A stretch of 64,000 bases of DNA from a virus: positions 10,284 through 74,283 of the IMG/VR virus record IMGVR_UViG_3300044619_001118. The stretch is one strand, 5' to 3'. The notes below the pieces were generated by a model, which saw only the letters and a list, made by a program, of their open reading frames with translations, made no database searches and had not been told where the DNA came from. The translations under genes and the position numbers were made by a program. Within the stretch, counting starts at the first letter, position 1, and each line of letters begins with the position of its first letter. This document shows, one piece after another, positions 10,119 through 20,085 of this stretch.

Positions 10119-10369
10119 AACTAACAGACATATCACAAGAACAATGGTCAACCTACGTCGGTATTCTAACCGAAGAACAAAAAGATTCCATAGTTGGTCA
10201 ACAATTTACTACCGATAGTTTCTTCAATCCTATTCACGATAAGAATGATAATTGGATTATATCGGTAGAAGAAATGGCTTATTGTACAAATTCAACCTTC
10301 TTATGGGTAAAAGACCTTGACCTTATTCCTTACGAACCAAAAGAATATCCATCACCATTCGGAATATAA
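10115..10369 (+). CDS. Small acidic hypothetical protein (possible fibre chaperone)
   Basis: 84 aa, ATGA overlap with the upstream gene. Confidence 0.6.
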   Translation: MKLTDISQEQWSTYVGILTEEQKDSIVGQQFTTDSFFNPIHDKNDNWIISVEEMAYCTNSTFLWVKDLDLIPYEPKEYPSPFGI

Positions 10370-10386
10370 AAACGGAGGTACATTAA

Positions 10387-10641
10387 ATGCAAGAAAGAAC
10401 ATTTCTTATTATACCCGTCTCGGAATTGAGTAAAGTAGATTTTACACAAGTCCTAGAAACATCACCCGATACCGTTCGTAAATCAGTTGACGGAACGAAA
10501 ACATTCATCAAGTGGGAAGGGGAAACACCCCTTTTCATCAGTGAAATCGTTGGTTCTGAAGGGCCATACACGTATGATGGGATATTAGAAATACTAGCAA
10601 CACCGGAATGGAACAATCCAAATCCGTTTGGTATGGAGTAA
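10387..10641 (+). CDS. Small acidic hypothetical protein (possible fibre chaperone)
   Basis: 84 aa, GGAGG RBS, VDFTQVLETS..TVRKS.DG.KTFIKW motif. Ends in PFG like the preceding small gene. Confidence 0.65.
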   Translation: MQERTFLIIPVSELSKVDFTQVLETSPDTVRKSVDGTKTFIKWEGETPLFISEIVGSEGPYTYDGILEILATPEWNNPNPFGME

Positions 10642-10644
10642 AAA

Positions 10645-11478
10645 ATGTCAGGTCGTGTTGGTAAAAAAGGTGATGAAGATGCAGAATCATTTCTTACTGC
10701 AGCTGGTATTACAGACAATATTGAATATTGGGCTGTAATAAAATTAACAAGAGATTTGAAATCAAATAATTTGTGGTCAAAAATGAAAGCCATTTATCCC
10801 TTCGTTGGTGGAACTGCAAGTACACATAAATGGAATCTAAAAGACCCAAGAGATGTTGATGCTGCGTTTCGTCTTAGTTTTCAAGGCGGATGGACTCATA
10901 GTATCACAGGTGCAGACCCAAATGGAACTAATGCTTATGCTAATACGTTTTTTACACCCAATGGTCAATTGGCATTATTTGACGGACATCTGAGCTATTA
11001 TGCAAGGGAAAACATAACTGTTACAGGAAGTACACAATCTGTAATAGGTGTTGGTTCTAATAGTGGTGGTTGGAATGGTAGAGAGGCATGGTTTATAGAG
11101 TTTGCATCTAATAATGCAAATTACTCCCATCATTCCACAAATGCTACAACCGATAGAGGTTATGTAACACCAACTATATCTATGCAGGGTTATAGTATAG
11201 GAACAAGAAGAACTAGCGACCCGACTACACTAAAATTCTTCAAAAACAACATTCTAATATCGTCAGCATCTACTTCTGTTGCCGGTCAGGCATTGAACAT
11301 ATATCCGGTTTATATTGCATCTTTTAGGAATCAGACAACTAGTTCTCCATTTGCATCAAATTACACTTCTAATGAGTGTGCTTTTGCCACAATTGGAAAC
11401 GGTCTCACAGACTCGGAAGTCAGCTCACTCCACACAATAGTCCAAAAATATCAAACAACATTAGGAAGACAAGTATAA
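10645..11478 (+). CDS. Putative fibre-tip or receptor-binding beta-sandwich protein, paralog B
   Basis: 277 aa, same conserved ends as 9330..10118 with a divergent core. Confidence 0.55.
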   Translation: MSGRVGKKGDEDAESFLTAAGITDNIEYWAVIKLTRDLKSNNLWSKMKAIYPFVGGTASTHKWNLKDPRDVDAAFRLSFQGGWTHSITGADPNGTNAYANTFFTPNGQLALFDGHLSYYARENITVTGSTQSVIGVGSNSGGWNGREAWFIEFASNNANYSHHSTNATTDRGYVTPTISMQGYSIGTRRTSDPTTLKFFKNNILISSASTSVAGQALNIYPVYIASFRNQTTSSPFASNYTSNECAFATIGNGLTDSEVSSLHTIVQKYQTTLGRQV

Positions 11479-11556
11479 CATAATTCCATCGGTATCTCAT
11501 ATTTATATCTATACACAAAACTACACCACTAATCTTGGATAGGGAAAAGATATAGT

Positions 11557-12399
11557 ATGCCTAATGAGTTTGTAATTAAGAATGGGTTTTTCTCACAAGG
11601 AAACTCAAACGTCACCGGTTCATTTACCGTAACAGGTTCAATGACAGTAATTGGTCCTGAAATTGTAGCCGGAGACCTTACTGTCCGAGGCAATCTAATC
11701 GCCTCATCAAGTACGTCAACTACGAATGCTTCTGTTCGAAATCTAAACATCATAAACAACACAACAGGAACTGCAACACAAAGTCTTGGTGTTGGTATTG
11801 AATTTGAATCAGAAACAAGTACAACAGAAAATACAACCGTCGGTTTCCTTGATTATGTATGGACAGACCATACTAATGGAACCGAATGGGGTCAATCAGA
11901 AATAACTCTGAAAGATACAGGAACTTCTGTTCGGTCTCATTTGTTTGCACCAGGTGTTATTGGTTCGTTTAATGGTGGACTTATAGCCGCAACACCACAA
12001 CTTGGTGACTTCACAGGAGCATATCCAGAATATAAAGTATATGCATCGGGTAGTACAACAGATGGAACGCAAACATCACTTTCATTCAATGTGTGGAATA
12101 ACCCAGCTGGATTGGCTGTTCCAAACGATACAACTTGGATGTTTACTTCGTATATTGTTGCAAGAAGAACTGATGCTGATAATGAAAGTGCGGCATACTG
12201 GTTACAAGGTGCCATAGATAATAATGCAGGAACAGTTGCTCTTGTTGGTGCCGTTCAAATCACGGCAATAGAAGATACACCGGCATGGGCAGCAACTGCG
12301 GTTGCAATTGGTGGTAGATTAGTCTTACGAGTGACTGGTGAAGCTGCAAAAACTATTCGATGGAACGCAGTAACTCATATTGTCCAAGTTAGTGGATAA
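11557..12399 (+). CDS. Fibre-related structural protein
   Basis: 280 aa, starts MPNEFVIKNG followed by VTGS fibre-shaft motifs. Preceded by the late motif at 11499-11507. Confidence 0.55.
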   Translation: MPNEFVIKNGFFSQGNSNVTGSFTVTGSMTVIGPEIVAGDLTVRGNLIASSSTSTTNASVRNLNIINNTTGTATQSLGVGIEFESETSTTENTTVGFLDYVWTDHTNGTEWGQSEITLKDTGTSVRSHLFAPGVIGSFNGGLIAATPQLGDFTGAYPEYKVYASGSTTDGTQTSLSFNVWNNPAGLAVPNDTTWMFTSYIVARRTDADNESAAYWLQGAIDNNAGTVALVGAVQITAIEDTPAWAATAVAIGGRLVLRVTGEAAKTIRWNAVTHIVQVSG

Positions 12400-12424
12400 T
12401 TATAAGTAAAAGGAGTAATGAAGT

Positions 12425-12790
12425 ATGTCAAATTGGTCAAGAAGTCTTGCTGGAGTACAAACTCTTTCGGAAGTAAGTGCAAGTGCTGCAATTAGTGGTG
12501 GTACACTTACATTAGATTTGAGTACCGCTGGTATTTTTTACGTCAATTTAAATGCAAATGTAACTACCTTGACAATATCAAATACTCAAACAATCGGTGC
12601 AAGTGCTTTTACATTGATATTTATTGCTGATGGAACACCTCGTTCAGTTACATGGGGTGCAAGTATTTTATGGCCAGGTGGAACTGCACCAACACTTACT
12701 TCAACAAACGGTAAAGATGATATATTTTCATTTGTAACGATAGACGGTGGTACAACTTGGTATGGATTCAACGGAGGTCAGAATTTATAA
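12425..12790 (+). CDS. Tail-fibre C-terminal-like domain protein
   Basis: TLDLS...FTLI....GTPRSVTW...ILWPGGTAPTLT....DIFSF.T.DGGTTWYG, a common phage fibre domain. AAGGAG RBS. Confidence 0.65.
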   Translation: MSNWSRSLAGVQTLSEVSASAAISGGTLTLDLSTAGIFYVNLNANVTTLTISNTQTIGASAFTLIFIADGTPRSVTWGASILWPGGTAPTLTSTNGKDDIFSFVTIDGGTTWYGFNGGQNL

Positions 12791-12793
12791 GTT

Positions 12794-15700
12794 ATGCCTT
12801 TTATTAAAAACATAGTAGTACAGAAAACAAAGACTCTAGCGGCACCAGTTATACAATACTCACTTTGGGGTTGGGGGGATGGCACTGTTGGTCAAACGGA
12901 TAATGATATACTTACTTACGTTCCATATCCAGTAGATAATGGAACAACATGGGTGAGTGGGAGTGGTGGTGCCTCACATACAATGGCTATAAAAACAGAC
13001 GGAACTCTATGGGGTTGGGGTGCTAATGCATTCGGTCAACTTGGTGACCGTACTGTGATAAATAGAAGTTCTCCAGTTCAAATAGGAACTCTTACAAACT
13101 GGTTAAAAATTTCTCGCGCCGGTAATACTACATTGTCTATAAAAACAGACGGAGCACTTTGGGCATGGGGTTCAAATGCGTCGGGTCAATTAGGTGATGG
13201 TACTGTCATAAATAGAAGTTCTCCTGTTCAAATTGGAACTCTTACAAACTGGGCATCTGTCTCTGGTACAGTTTCACATACAATGGCTATAAAAACCGAT
13301 GGAACTCTTTGGGGTTGGGGACTTGGTTCATCTGGACAGATTGGTGACGGTACTATTATTTCAAGGTCTTCACCTGTTCAAATTGGAACTCTAACAAATT
13401 GGGCATCTGTTTCTGCTAATAGTCTTTACTCAATGGCTATAAAAACTGACGGAACTCTTTGGGGTTGGGGACTTGGTACATCTGGACAATTAGGTGATAA
13501 TACTGCTTTATCTAGAAGTTCTCCTGTTCAAATAGGAACTCTTACAAACTGGGCATCTGTCACTGGTGGTTCTGGTCATACAATGGCCATAAAAACAGAC
13601 GGAACACTTTGGGGTTGGGGTGCAAACACAAGCGGACAGATTGGTGACGGTACTACTACAACAAAGTTTTCACCTGTTCAAATTGGAACTCTAACAAACT
13701 GGGCATCTGTTATTGCTAGTGGTAATCCCGGCGGTAATCATACAATATCCATAAAAACCGATGGAACTCTGTGGGTTTGGGGTAATTCTACTTCTGGTCA
13801 ATTAGGTGACGGTACTACTAATGATAGAAGTTCTCCTGTTCAAATAGGAACTCTTACAAACTGGGCATCTGTTTCTGCTGGGTCATCCCATACAATAGCC
13901 ATAAAAACAGACGGAACAATATATACATGGGGAGCTGCATTATCTGGACAACTTGGATATACGATGCAACGTTCCTCACCTGTTCAAATTGGTGATGGTT
14001 ATTCTTGGTCAAACATTGATGCAGGCCGAATCGGCACCAGTGCAGGACTTCACACAATGGGTGTTAAAACCAATGGAACTCTATGGGGTTGGGGTGGAAA
14101 TCCATCTGGTCAACTAGGTGACGGTACTTTGATATTTAGAAGTTCACCTGTTCAAATAGGAACTCTTACAAACTGGTCATCTGTTGAATGTGGTACTGAT
14201 TCTTCATTTGGTTTGAAAACGGATAATACCTTATGGGGTTGGGGATACAACGTAAATTTTGAACTCGGAGACGGCACATCTACATCTAAGAGCTCCCCCG
14301 TTCAGATTGGAAGTTTATCATGGAAAAAAGTTTCAGCTGGTGCTGCGTTTACAGTTGCTATTTCATCTGATGATAAATTGCAATCATGGGGGTCTACTTC
14401 TGCTGGTAAACTTGGATTTGGATTTAATAACAGTCCTGTTCAATTAAATTCCACATATGATTGGTCAAGTGCAGCTGCATCTGCCGGAAGTATTATTGGA
14501 TTAAAAACAAACGGAACTCTGTGGTCATGGGGAAGTAATACACAAGGTGAACTCGGTTTAAATGATACAATAACTAGGTCATCACCCGTCCAAATAGGAA
14601 CAGATGTAAACTGGTATTCAATTGATATGGGATTCGAAATAGGCTCAACATCGGTCGGCGCGATAAAAACAGATGGTACACTTTGGACATGGGGGAACGG
14701 TGGTAGTGGACAGTTAGGTCATTCAAATACGGCAAATCGAAGTTCACCTGTTCAAGTTGGAACTTTAACAAGTTGGTCTAAAATCTCTGTTGGAACCGCA
14801 TGGATGATGGCATCAAGAACAGATGGAACTCTTTGGGTATGGGGTGGTTCTCCTAATTTTGGACAACTTGGTCAAAATAACACAAGTACCTTTAGTTCTC
14901 CTGTTCAAATAGGAACACTAAATACATGGTCACAAATTGCAGCAGGTCGATATAGCGCATTTGCTATAAAAACAGATGGAACATTATGGTCTTGGGGATT
15001 AAATACAAGTGGTGAACTTGGAGACGGAACAGTAATTAATAGAAGTTCTCCTGTTCAAATAGGAACTCTTACAAACTGGTCAAAAATATATGCCGGTGGT
15101 GATTCAACATCTGCTGGTTCAACGATAGCTATAAAAACAGATGGTACTCTTTGGATGTGGGGCCGATATGCATCCGATGGTACAACAGTTTCACGAAGTT
15201 CTCCTGTTCAAATAGGAACACTCACGAATTGGTTATCTGCGTCCTCTGGAGGAAATGTTTCGAACTTTGCAATAAAAACCAACGGAACTTTATGGACTCT
15301 AACTTCCTTTAGTAATGGAGATACTGGAGATGGAACTTATAATGGTAGAAGTTCTCCTGTTCAAATTGGTACTTTAACGTCATGGTCTTTTGCATTAGCG
15401 ACTAGTTCAACTGGTTATGCCATAAAAACTGATGGTTCTTTGTGGGGATGGGGTGGCAATGTATTGGCATACTATCCAAAAGTAATTCATGCTCAAAACA
15501 CTTCAAATATTATAAGACCCTGTATAATAGATGTGGATAATTGGGGTGAAGTTTCTGCTGGAGCTAGTTATTCTATGGCCATAAAAACAGACGGAACACT
15601 TTGGGGTTGGGGTAGAAACGGCAACGGTCAGTTGGGTGATAATACGACCACAACACGGTCTCAACTTGTTCAAATAGGCAATCTCACTGATTGGTCAAAA

Positions 15701-18196
15701 GTTTCTGCTGGTGATTCACACACGATGGCTATCAAAACCGACGGAACTCTATGGTCTTGGGGAACGGGAACTAGTGGTCAGTTGGGATTAGAATCAACAA
15801 CACCATCGTGGACTATTGACAGAGGAACTAACTGGGCAACAATTTCTGGAGGTGCTACATATACATTAGCCGTAAAAACAGATGGAACACTATGGTCTTG
15901 GGGGAATGGTCTTCTAGGCCGATTAGGCACCGGTAATACTACAAGTAGAAGTTCACCTACTCAAATTGGAACCCTCACAAACTGGTCATCTGTTTCTGCT
16001 GGTTTTGGTAATAATTTAGCCCTAAAAACTGATGGAACTATGTGGGGATGGGGACAAAATGCAAATGGAGAAATCGGAGATTTTACTTTAACTTCCAGAA
16101 GTTCTCCTGTTCAAGTTGGACTTAATGCAAGTAATTGGTTATCTGTTTCTATGGGTTCAAATCATGGAGTCGGAATCAAAACCGATTACACAATTTGGTC
16201 ATGGGGCGTTAATAGTTCAGGTCAACTTGGTGATGGCACCACAACTTCAACTAGTTTTCCTGCTCAAATTGGAACTGGCACAGACTGGTCAAAAGTTTCT
16301 TGTGGTCAAAATCACACAATTGCCATAAAAACAGATGGAACTCTTTGGGCATGGGGTGGAAATTCCGTTGGACAATTAGGTGATAATAATAGTCCATTTG
16401 GCAAAAGTTCACCTGTTCAAATTGGGACTCTTACAAATTGGTCATCTGTTTCCGCTGGTTCTAATAATTCACTTGCTATAAAATCGGATGGAACTTTATG
16501 GGCATGGGGCTCGAATACTAATGGACGATTGGGAATAACAACACCAGTTTTACCAATAAAATTGGATAGTGGTGCTAATTGGTCAACTGCTGGTTTATCT
16601 TCACATTCTATGGTTGTAAAAACCGATGGAACTCTATGGGGATGGGGATTAAATTCAAACGGACAATTAGGACTTAATGATACAATAAATAGATCGTCAC
16701 CTGTACAAATCGGCACAGACACTAATTGGTCAACTGTTGCTGCTAATTCTGGATTTACACTTGCTATAAAAACAGATGGAACACTTTGGTCATGGGGACA
16801 AAATTCAAATGGTCAACTTGGTCAGACTATATCAACTGGTATAAATCGTTCTTCACCCGTTCAAGTTGGTACTTTAACAAATTGGTCAAAAATATCAATA
16901 GGACCAAATTTTGCAACTTCTATTAAAACAGACGGTACTTTATGGGTGTGGGGTAGTAATGGAAACGCTCAACTCGGTTTAAATAATTTTACTCAACATT
17001 CTTCTCCTGTGCAAGTCGGCACAGACACTAATTGGTCTTCCATATCTGCCGGCGGTAACGCATTTTGTGTTGCTATTAAAACAGATGGAACACTATGGTC
17101 TTGGGGTAATAATACAAATGCTGAACTTGGACAAAATAATACCATATCTAGAAGTTCTCCTGTTCAAATAGGAACAGATGTAAACTGGTCAAGAATATCA
17201 GCCGGCGCATCTGTTACATTAGCTATAAAAACAGACGGAACTCTATGGGGATGGGGCGCCAATGCAGCATATTCTCAAATAGGTGATGGGACATCTACAA
17301 CTAGAAGTTCCCCTGTTCAAGTTGGTACGCTAACAAATTGGTCTTCCATATCTGTTGGTGGTCAAACATCCACTGCATTAAAAACAGATGGGACTCTATG
17401 GACATGGGGTGGCGGTTCAAATGGTGAATTTGGCGACGGAACTTTTACTTCCCCAAGAAATTCCCCAGTTCAAGTCGGCACTCGCACAGATTGGAAATCT
17501 GTATTTGCTGCTGGTTCAGTGCCAACCAGTATTTACCATGTAATGGCAATCGATACATCGAATAACTTATATGGGTGGGGAATAAATACCACAGGACAAC
17601 TTGGTTTAAATAATGTAGTATCATACAATTCAACTGGATATTCATCGCCAATTCAAGTGGGTACTCTTACAAATTGGGCATCTGTTTCTGCTAACGGTGG
17701 TAGTGGTGGTTCACATACAATTGCTGTAAAAACCGATGGAACTCTATGGGGTTGGGGTGGAAATCCATCTGCTCAATTAGGTGACGGTACTCTTGTAACT
17801 AGAAGTTCTCCTGTTCAAATAGGAACTCTTACAAATTGGTCGAGAATTTCTGCTGGTGGTGGACATTCAATATCAATAAAGACAGATGGTACACTACGTG
17901 CATGGGGTGGAAACACAAATGGCGAATTGGGTAGAGGATTCATAGCCGGCCCAGTTTCCCGTTCTTCACCTGTTCAATTGGGCGAAGACCAATGGACATC
18001 GGTTTATGCCGAAAATTCAAATACAATGGCAATCCGCTCAGATGGAACTCTTTGGGGGTGGGGTCTAAATACAGCCGGTTATATTGGAGATGGAACGGTA
18101 ATTTCTCGTTCATACCCCGTACAAATTGGTACATACTCTAAATGGAAACAAGTTTCTTCTGGTGCTTCTCATACCGTTGCTATTCGTGAAGAATAA
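12794..18196 (+). CDS. RCC1/BLIP-II repeat protein, 35 repeats (five 7-bladed beta-propellers), probable adhesin or receptor-binding protein
   Basis: Repeat AIKTDGTLWxWGxNxxGQLGDxTxxxRSSPVQIGTLTNW, counted 35 times by eye. Confidence 0.9.
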   Translation: MPFIKNIVVQKTKTLAAPVIQYSLWGWGDGTVGQTDNDILTYVPYPVDNGTTWVSGSGGASHTMAIKTDGTLWGWGANAFGQLGDRTVINRSSPVQIGTLTNWLKISRAGNTTLSIKTDGALWAWGSNASGQLGDGTVINRSSPVQIGTLTNWASVSGTVSHTMAIKTDGTLWGWGLGSSGQIGDGTIISRSSPVQIGTLTNWASVSANSLYSMAIKTDGTLWGWGLGTSGQLGDNTALSRSSPVQIGTLTNWASVTGGSGHTMAIKTDGTLWGWGANTSGQIGDGTTTTKFSPVQIGTLTNWASVIASGNPGGNHTISIKTDGTLWVWGNSTSGQLGDGTTNDRSSPVQIGTLTNWASVSAGSSHTIAIKTDGTIYTWGAALSGQLGYTMQRSSPVQIGDGYSWSNIDAGRIGTSAGLHTMGVKTNGTLWGWGGNPSGQLGDGTLIFRSSPVQIGTLTNWSSVECGTDSSFGLKTDNTLWGWGYNVNFELGDGTSTSKSSPVQIGSLSWKKVSAGAAFTVAISSDDKLQSWGSTSAGKLGFGFNNSPVQLNSTYDWSSAAASAGSIIGLKTNGTLWSWGSNTQGELGLNDTITRSSPVQIGTDVNWYSIDMGFEIGSTSVGAIKTDGTLWTWGNGGSGQLGHSNTANRSSPVQVGTLTSWSKISVGTAWMMASRTDGTLWVWGGSPNFGQLGQNNTSTFSSPVQIGTLNTWSQIAAGRYSAFAIKTDGTLWSWGLNTSGELGDGTVINRSSPVQIGTLTNWSKIYAGGDSTSAGSTIAIKTDGTLWMWGRYASDGTTVSRSSPVQIGTLTNWLSASSGGNVSNFAIKTNGTLWTLTSFSNGDTGDGTYNGRSSPVQIGTLTSWSFALATSSTGYAIKTDGSLWGWGGNVLAYYPKVIHAQNTSNIIRPCIIDVDNWGEVSAGASYSMAIKTDGTLWGWGRNGNGQLGDNTTTTRSQLVQIGNLTDWSKVSAGDSHTMAIKTDGTLWSWGTGTSGQLGLESTTPSWTIDRGTNWATISGGATYTLAVKTDGTLWSWGNGLLGRLGTGNTTSRSSPTQIGTLTNWSSVSAGFGNNLALKTDGTMWGWGQNANGEIGDFTLTSRSSPVQVGLNASNWLSVSMGSNHGVGIKTDYTIWSWGVNSSGQLGDGTTTSTSFPAQIGTGTDWSKVSCGQNHTIAIKTDGTLWAWGGNSVGQLGDNNSPFGKSSPVQIGTLTNWSSVSAGSNNSLAIKSDGTLWAWGSNTNGRLGITTPVLPIKLDSGANWSTAGLSSHSMVVKTDGTLWGWGLNSNGQLGLNDTINRSSPVQIGTDTNWSTVAANSGFTLAIKTDGTLWSWGQNSNGQLGQTISTGINRSSPVQVGTLTNWSKISIGPNFATSIKTDGTLWVWGSNGNAQLGLNNFTQHSSPVQVGTDTNWSSISAGGNAFCVAIKTDGTLWSWGNNTNAELGQNNTISRSSPVQIGTDVNWSRISAGASVTLAIKTDGTLWGWGANAAYSQIGDGTSTTRSSPVQVGTLTNWSSISVGGQTSTALKTDGTLWTWGGGSNGEFGDGTFTSPRNSPVQVGTRTDWKSVFAAGSVPTSIYHVMAIDTSNNLYGWGINTTGQLGLNNVVSYNSTGYSSPIQVGTLTNWASVSANGGSGGSHTIAVKTDGTLWGWGGNPSAQLGDGTLVTRSSPVQIGTLTNWSRISAGGGHSISIKTDGTLRAWGGNTNGELGRGFIAGPVSRSSPVQLGEDQWTSVYAENSNTMAIRSDGTLWGWGLNTAGYIGDGTVISRSYPVQIGTYSKWKQVSSGASHTVAIREE

Positions 18197-18201
18197 TCCA
18201 C

Positions 18202-18230
18202 TTGGTATTTAAAAGAAAAATTACTATATT
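18202..18230 (+). promoter_or_regulatory. Sigma70-like promoter TTGGTA-N17-TATATT
   Basis: Exact 17-nt spacer, same architecture as the sites at 61592 and 63345. Confidence 0.55.
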
Positions 18231-18289
18231 CATACCATTCCATAGTTATAGTAATAAAAATGTTATGTTTAAGATAAAAGGTTATGTAA

Positions 18290-19315
18290 ATGAAAAACCG
18301 AGCAGATAAAATAGTACCGGGTCAAATGCACCCACTTGATATTGCACTCCAAGCCAGCATTAACGGTCATCCTGAAATTAGTGAAGATATTTTACGTTCT
18401 CAACCACAAGATGACCTTCGAGTTCTTTTCAATCTTGGTTGGCACGAAATGAGACATGGTAATCTCAAAAAGGCAATGGAACACTTTAACTACGGTCGGT
18501 ATATCGACGTATTTGGACTACCACCACTTCCAGGAAAAATTTGGAAGGATGAACCACTCGAAGGAAAAACACTTCTTTTCAGATGTGAAGGTGGTTATGG
18601 AGACCAAATTCTTAACTTTCGTTTTGCAAAACATTTTGTAGAAAAAGGTGCAAGAGTTCTTGTCTCTTGTGCACCAGAATTAAAAGAAATATTTTCTCGT
18701 CACGGATATATTTGTATTGACAATGAAGTTGCAATGGGTGCTCATTACGATTATTGGGTTCCAGCTATGTCAGCGGCATTTATCTTGGATATGGAATACG
18801 AAGACCTTGACGGTTCTCCATTTCTAAAACCAAAAGAACCAAGAACACTTTTCGCAAAGAAAGGAACTTTAAAGGTTGGTGTTCGTTGGTCTGGTAGTCC
18901 TGACTTTGAAGATGAACAACATCGTAGATTTGACCCAAATCTTATGATTGACCTTCACGATATTCCAAATACAACATTCTATTCACTTCAACGTGATGAA
19001 AATCTTGTTGATGGTTTGCCATTTGGTGATATGAGAGAACAAATGAAATCATGGGAAGATACTGCAAACATCATGGCAGATTGTGACATTATCATTAGTT
19101 CTTGTACCGCAACTGCACACCTTGCCGCGGCAATGGGTAAACCAACTTGGGTTCTAACTCCTATTATGCCTTACTATACTTGGGCAGTTCCTGGTGATGG
19201 TTCAAGGTGGTATGATTCGGTAAAGTTGTATCGTCAAGTAAAATATGGTGAATGGGATGTTCCATTCCAAAAGATTCGTGAAGACCTAACAAAGTTAGCG
19301 GAAAACCACAAATGA
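18290..19315 (+). CDS. GT9-like glycosyltransferase with short TPR-like N-terminus
   Basis: EGGYGDQI.NFRF, KVGVRWSGSP, FYSLQ, DTANIMADCDIIISSCTATAHLAAAMGKPTWVL, RWYDSVKLYRQ. Confidence 0.8.
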   Translation: MKNRADKIVPGQMHPLDIALQASINGHPEISEDILRSQPQDDLRVLFNLGWHEMRHGNLKKAMEHFNYGRYIDVFGLPPLPGKIWKDEPLEGKTLLFRCEGGYGDQILNFRFAKHFVEKGARVLVSCAPELKEIFSRHGYICIDNEVAMGAHYDYWVPAMSAAFILDMEYEDLDGSPFLKPKEPRTLFAKKGTLKVGVRWSGSPDFEDEQHRRFDPNLMIDLHDIPNTTFYSLQRDENLVDGLPFGDMREQMKSWEDTANIMADCDIIISSCTATAHLAAAMGKPTWVLTPIMPYYTWAVPGDGSRWYDSVKLYRQVKYGEWDVPFQKIREDLTKLAENHK

Positions 19316-20085
19316 AATTAGATGTAATTTTACGAACTCATGATAAACGAGAAATACACATTTCAAAATCACTTCGTTATTGTGGTGTCAATAAAACGAC
19401 GGTAGTAAAAAAATGTGTAAAGTCTCTTATAGAATCGTGTAATAATTCAGAACACGATATAACCTATTGGTGGTATGATGACCACTCTTCTGAAGAAACA
19501 ATACAAGAATTACACGAATTTTTTAGTAAGTCAAAACACCCATACAACTTTATTCCACTGGAAGAAGAAGGTTGGCGGTCAAGTGGTTTAGCTCAATTTG
19601 AACGTGGTAGAGATTCTGATGCTGATTTAGTTTACTTTGTAGAAGATGATTATCTTCATTATCCATCCGCAATCGATGAGATGGTTGATGCTTATACTAC
19701 GTTCAAGAAAAATTTGGGTAAAGAAATTTCAATCCATCCATTTGATGACCCAGATAATTACCTTCCGGTTTGGATTGAACCTTGCCGTATTGTTTACGGA
19801 AAAAATCGTCATTGGAGAACAAATCTACATACAACATTTACATTTCTCTGTAATCCAGAATTGGTTCGTGCAAATTGGCACATCTTCTATACCATGGCAA
19901 CTGAGTATGGTACTGTTTGGGGTGAGATGAATTACGTCAACGAATCAACGATGGTCAATAAACTGTGGAGAGATGACGTAACTTTGTTTACACCGATTCC
20001 GTCAGTAGCTTTACACATGGCATATGAAACACAGAAAGACCCTTATTTGGATTGGAAAGAACTTTGGGATAGGTTTGAAATATGA
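19312..20085 (+). CDS. GT-A fold (GT2-like) glycosyltransferase
   Basis: YDDHSS and LVYFVEDDYLH (DxD-type) motifs. ATGA overlap with the upstream gene. Confidence 0.65.
   Translation: MKLDVILRTHDKREIHISKSLRYCGVNKTTVVKKCVKSLIESCNNSEHDITYWWYDDHSSEETIQELHEFFSKSKHPYNFIPLEEEGWRSSGLAQFERGRDSDADLVYFVEDDYLHYPSAIDEMVDAYTTFKKNLGKEISIHPFDDPDNYLPVWIEPCRIVYGKNRHWRTNLHTTFTFLCNPELVRANWHIFYTMATEYGTVWGEMNYVNESTMVNKLWRDDVTLFTPIPSVALHMAYETQKDPYLDWKELWDRFEI

Noticed and set aside
12794-18196. Near-identical DNA repeats in the RCC1 gene, and the 9330/10645 pair, as diversity-generating retroelement TR/VR
   Set aside because: No reverse transcriptase in the window, no non-coding template copy, and the differences are not adenine-specific.
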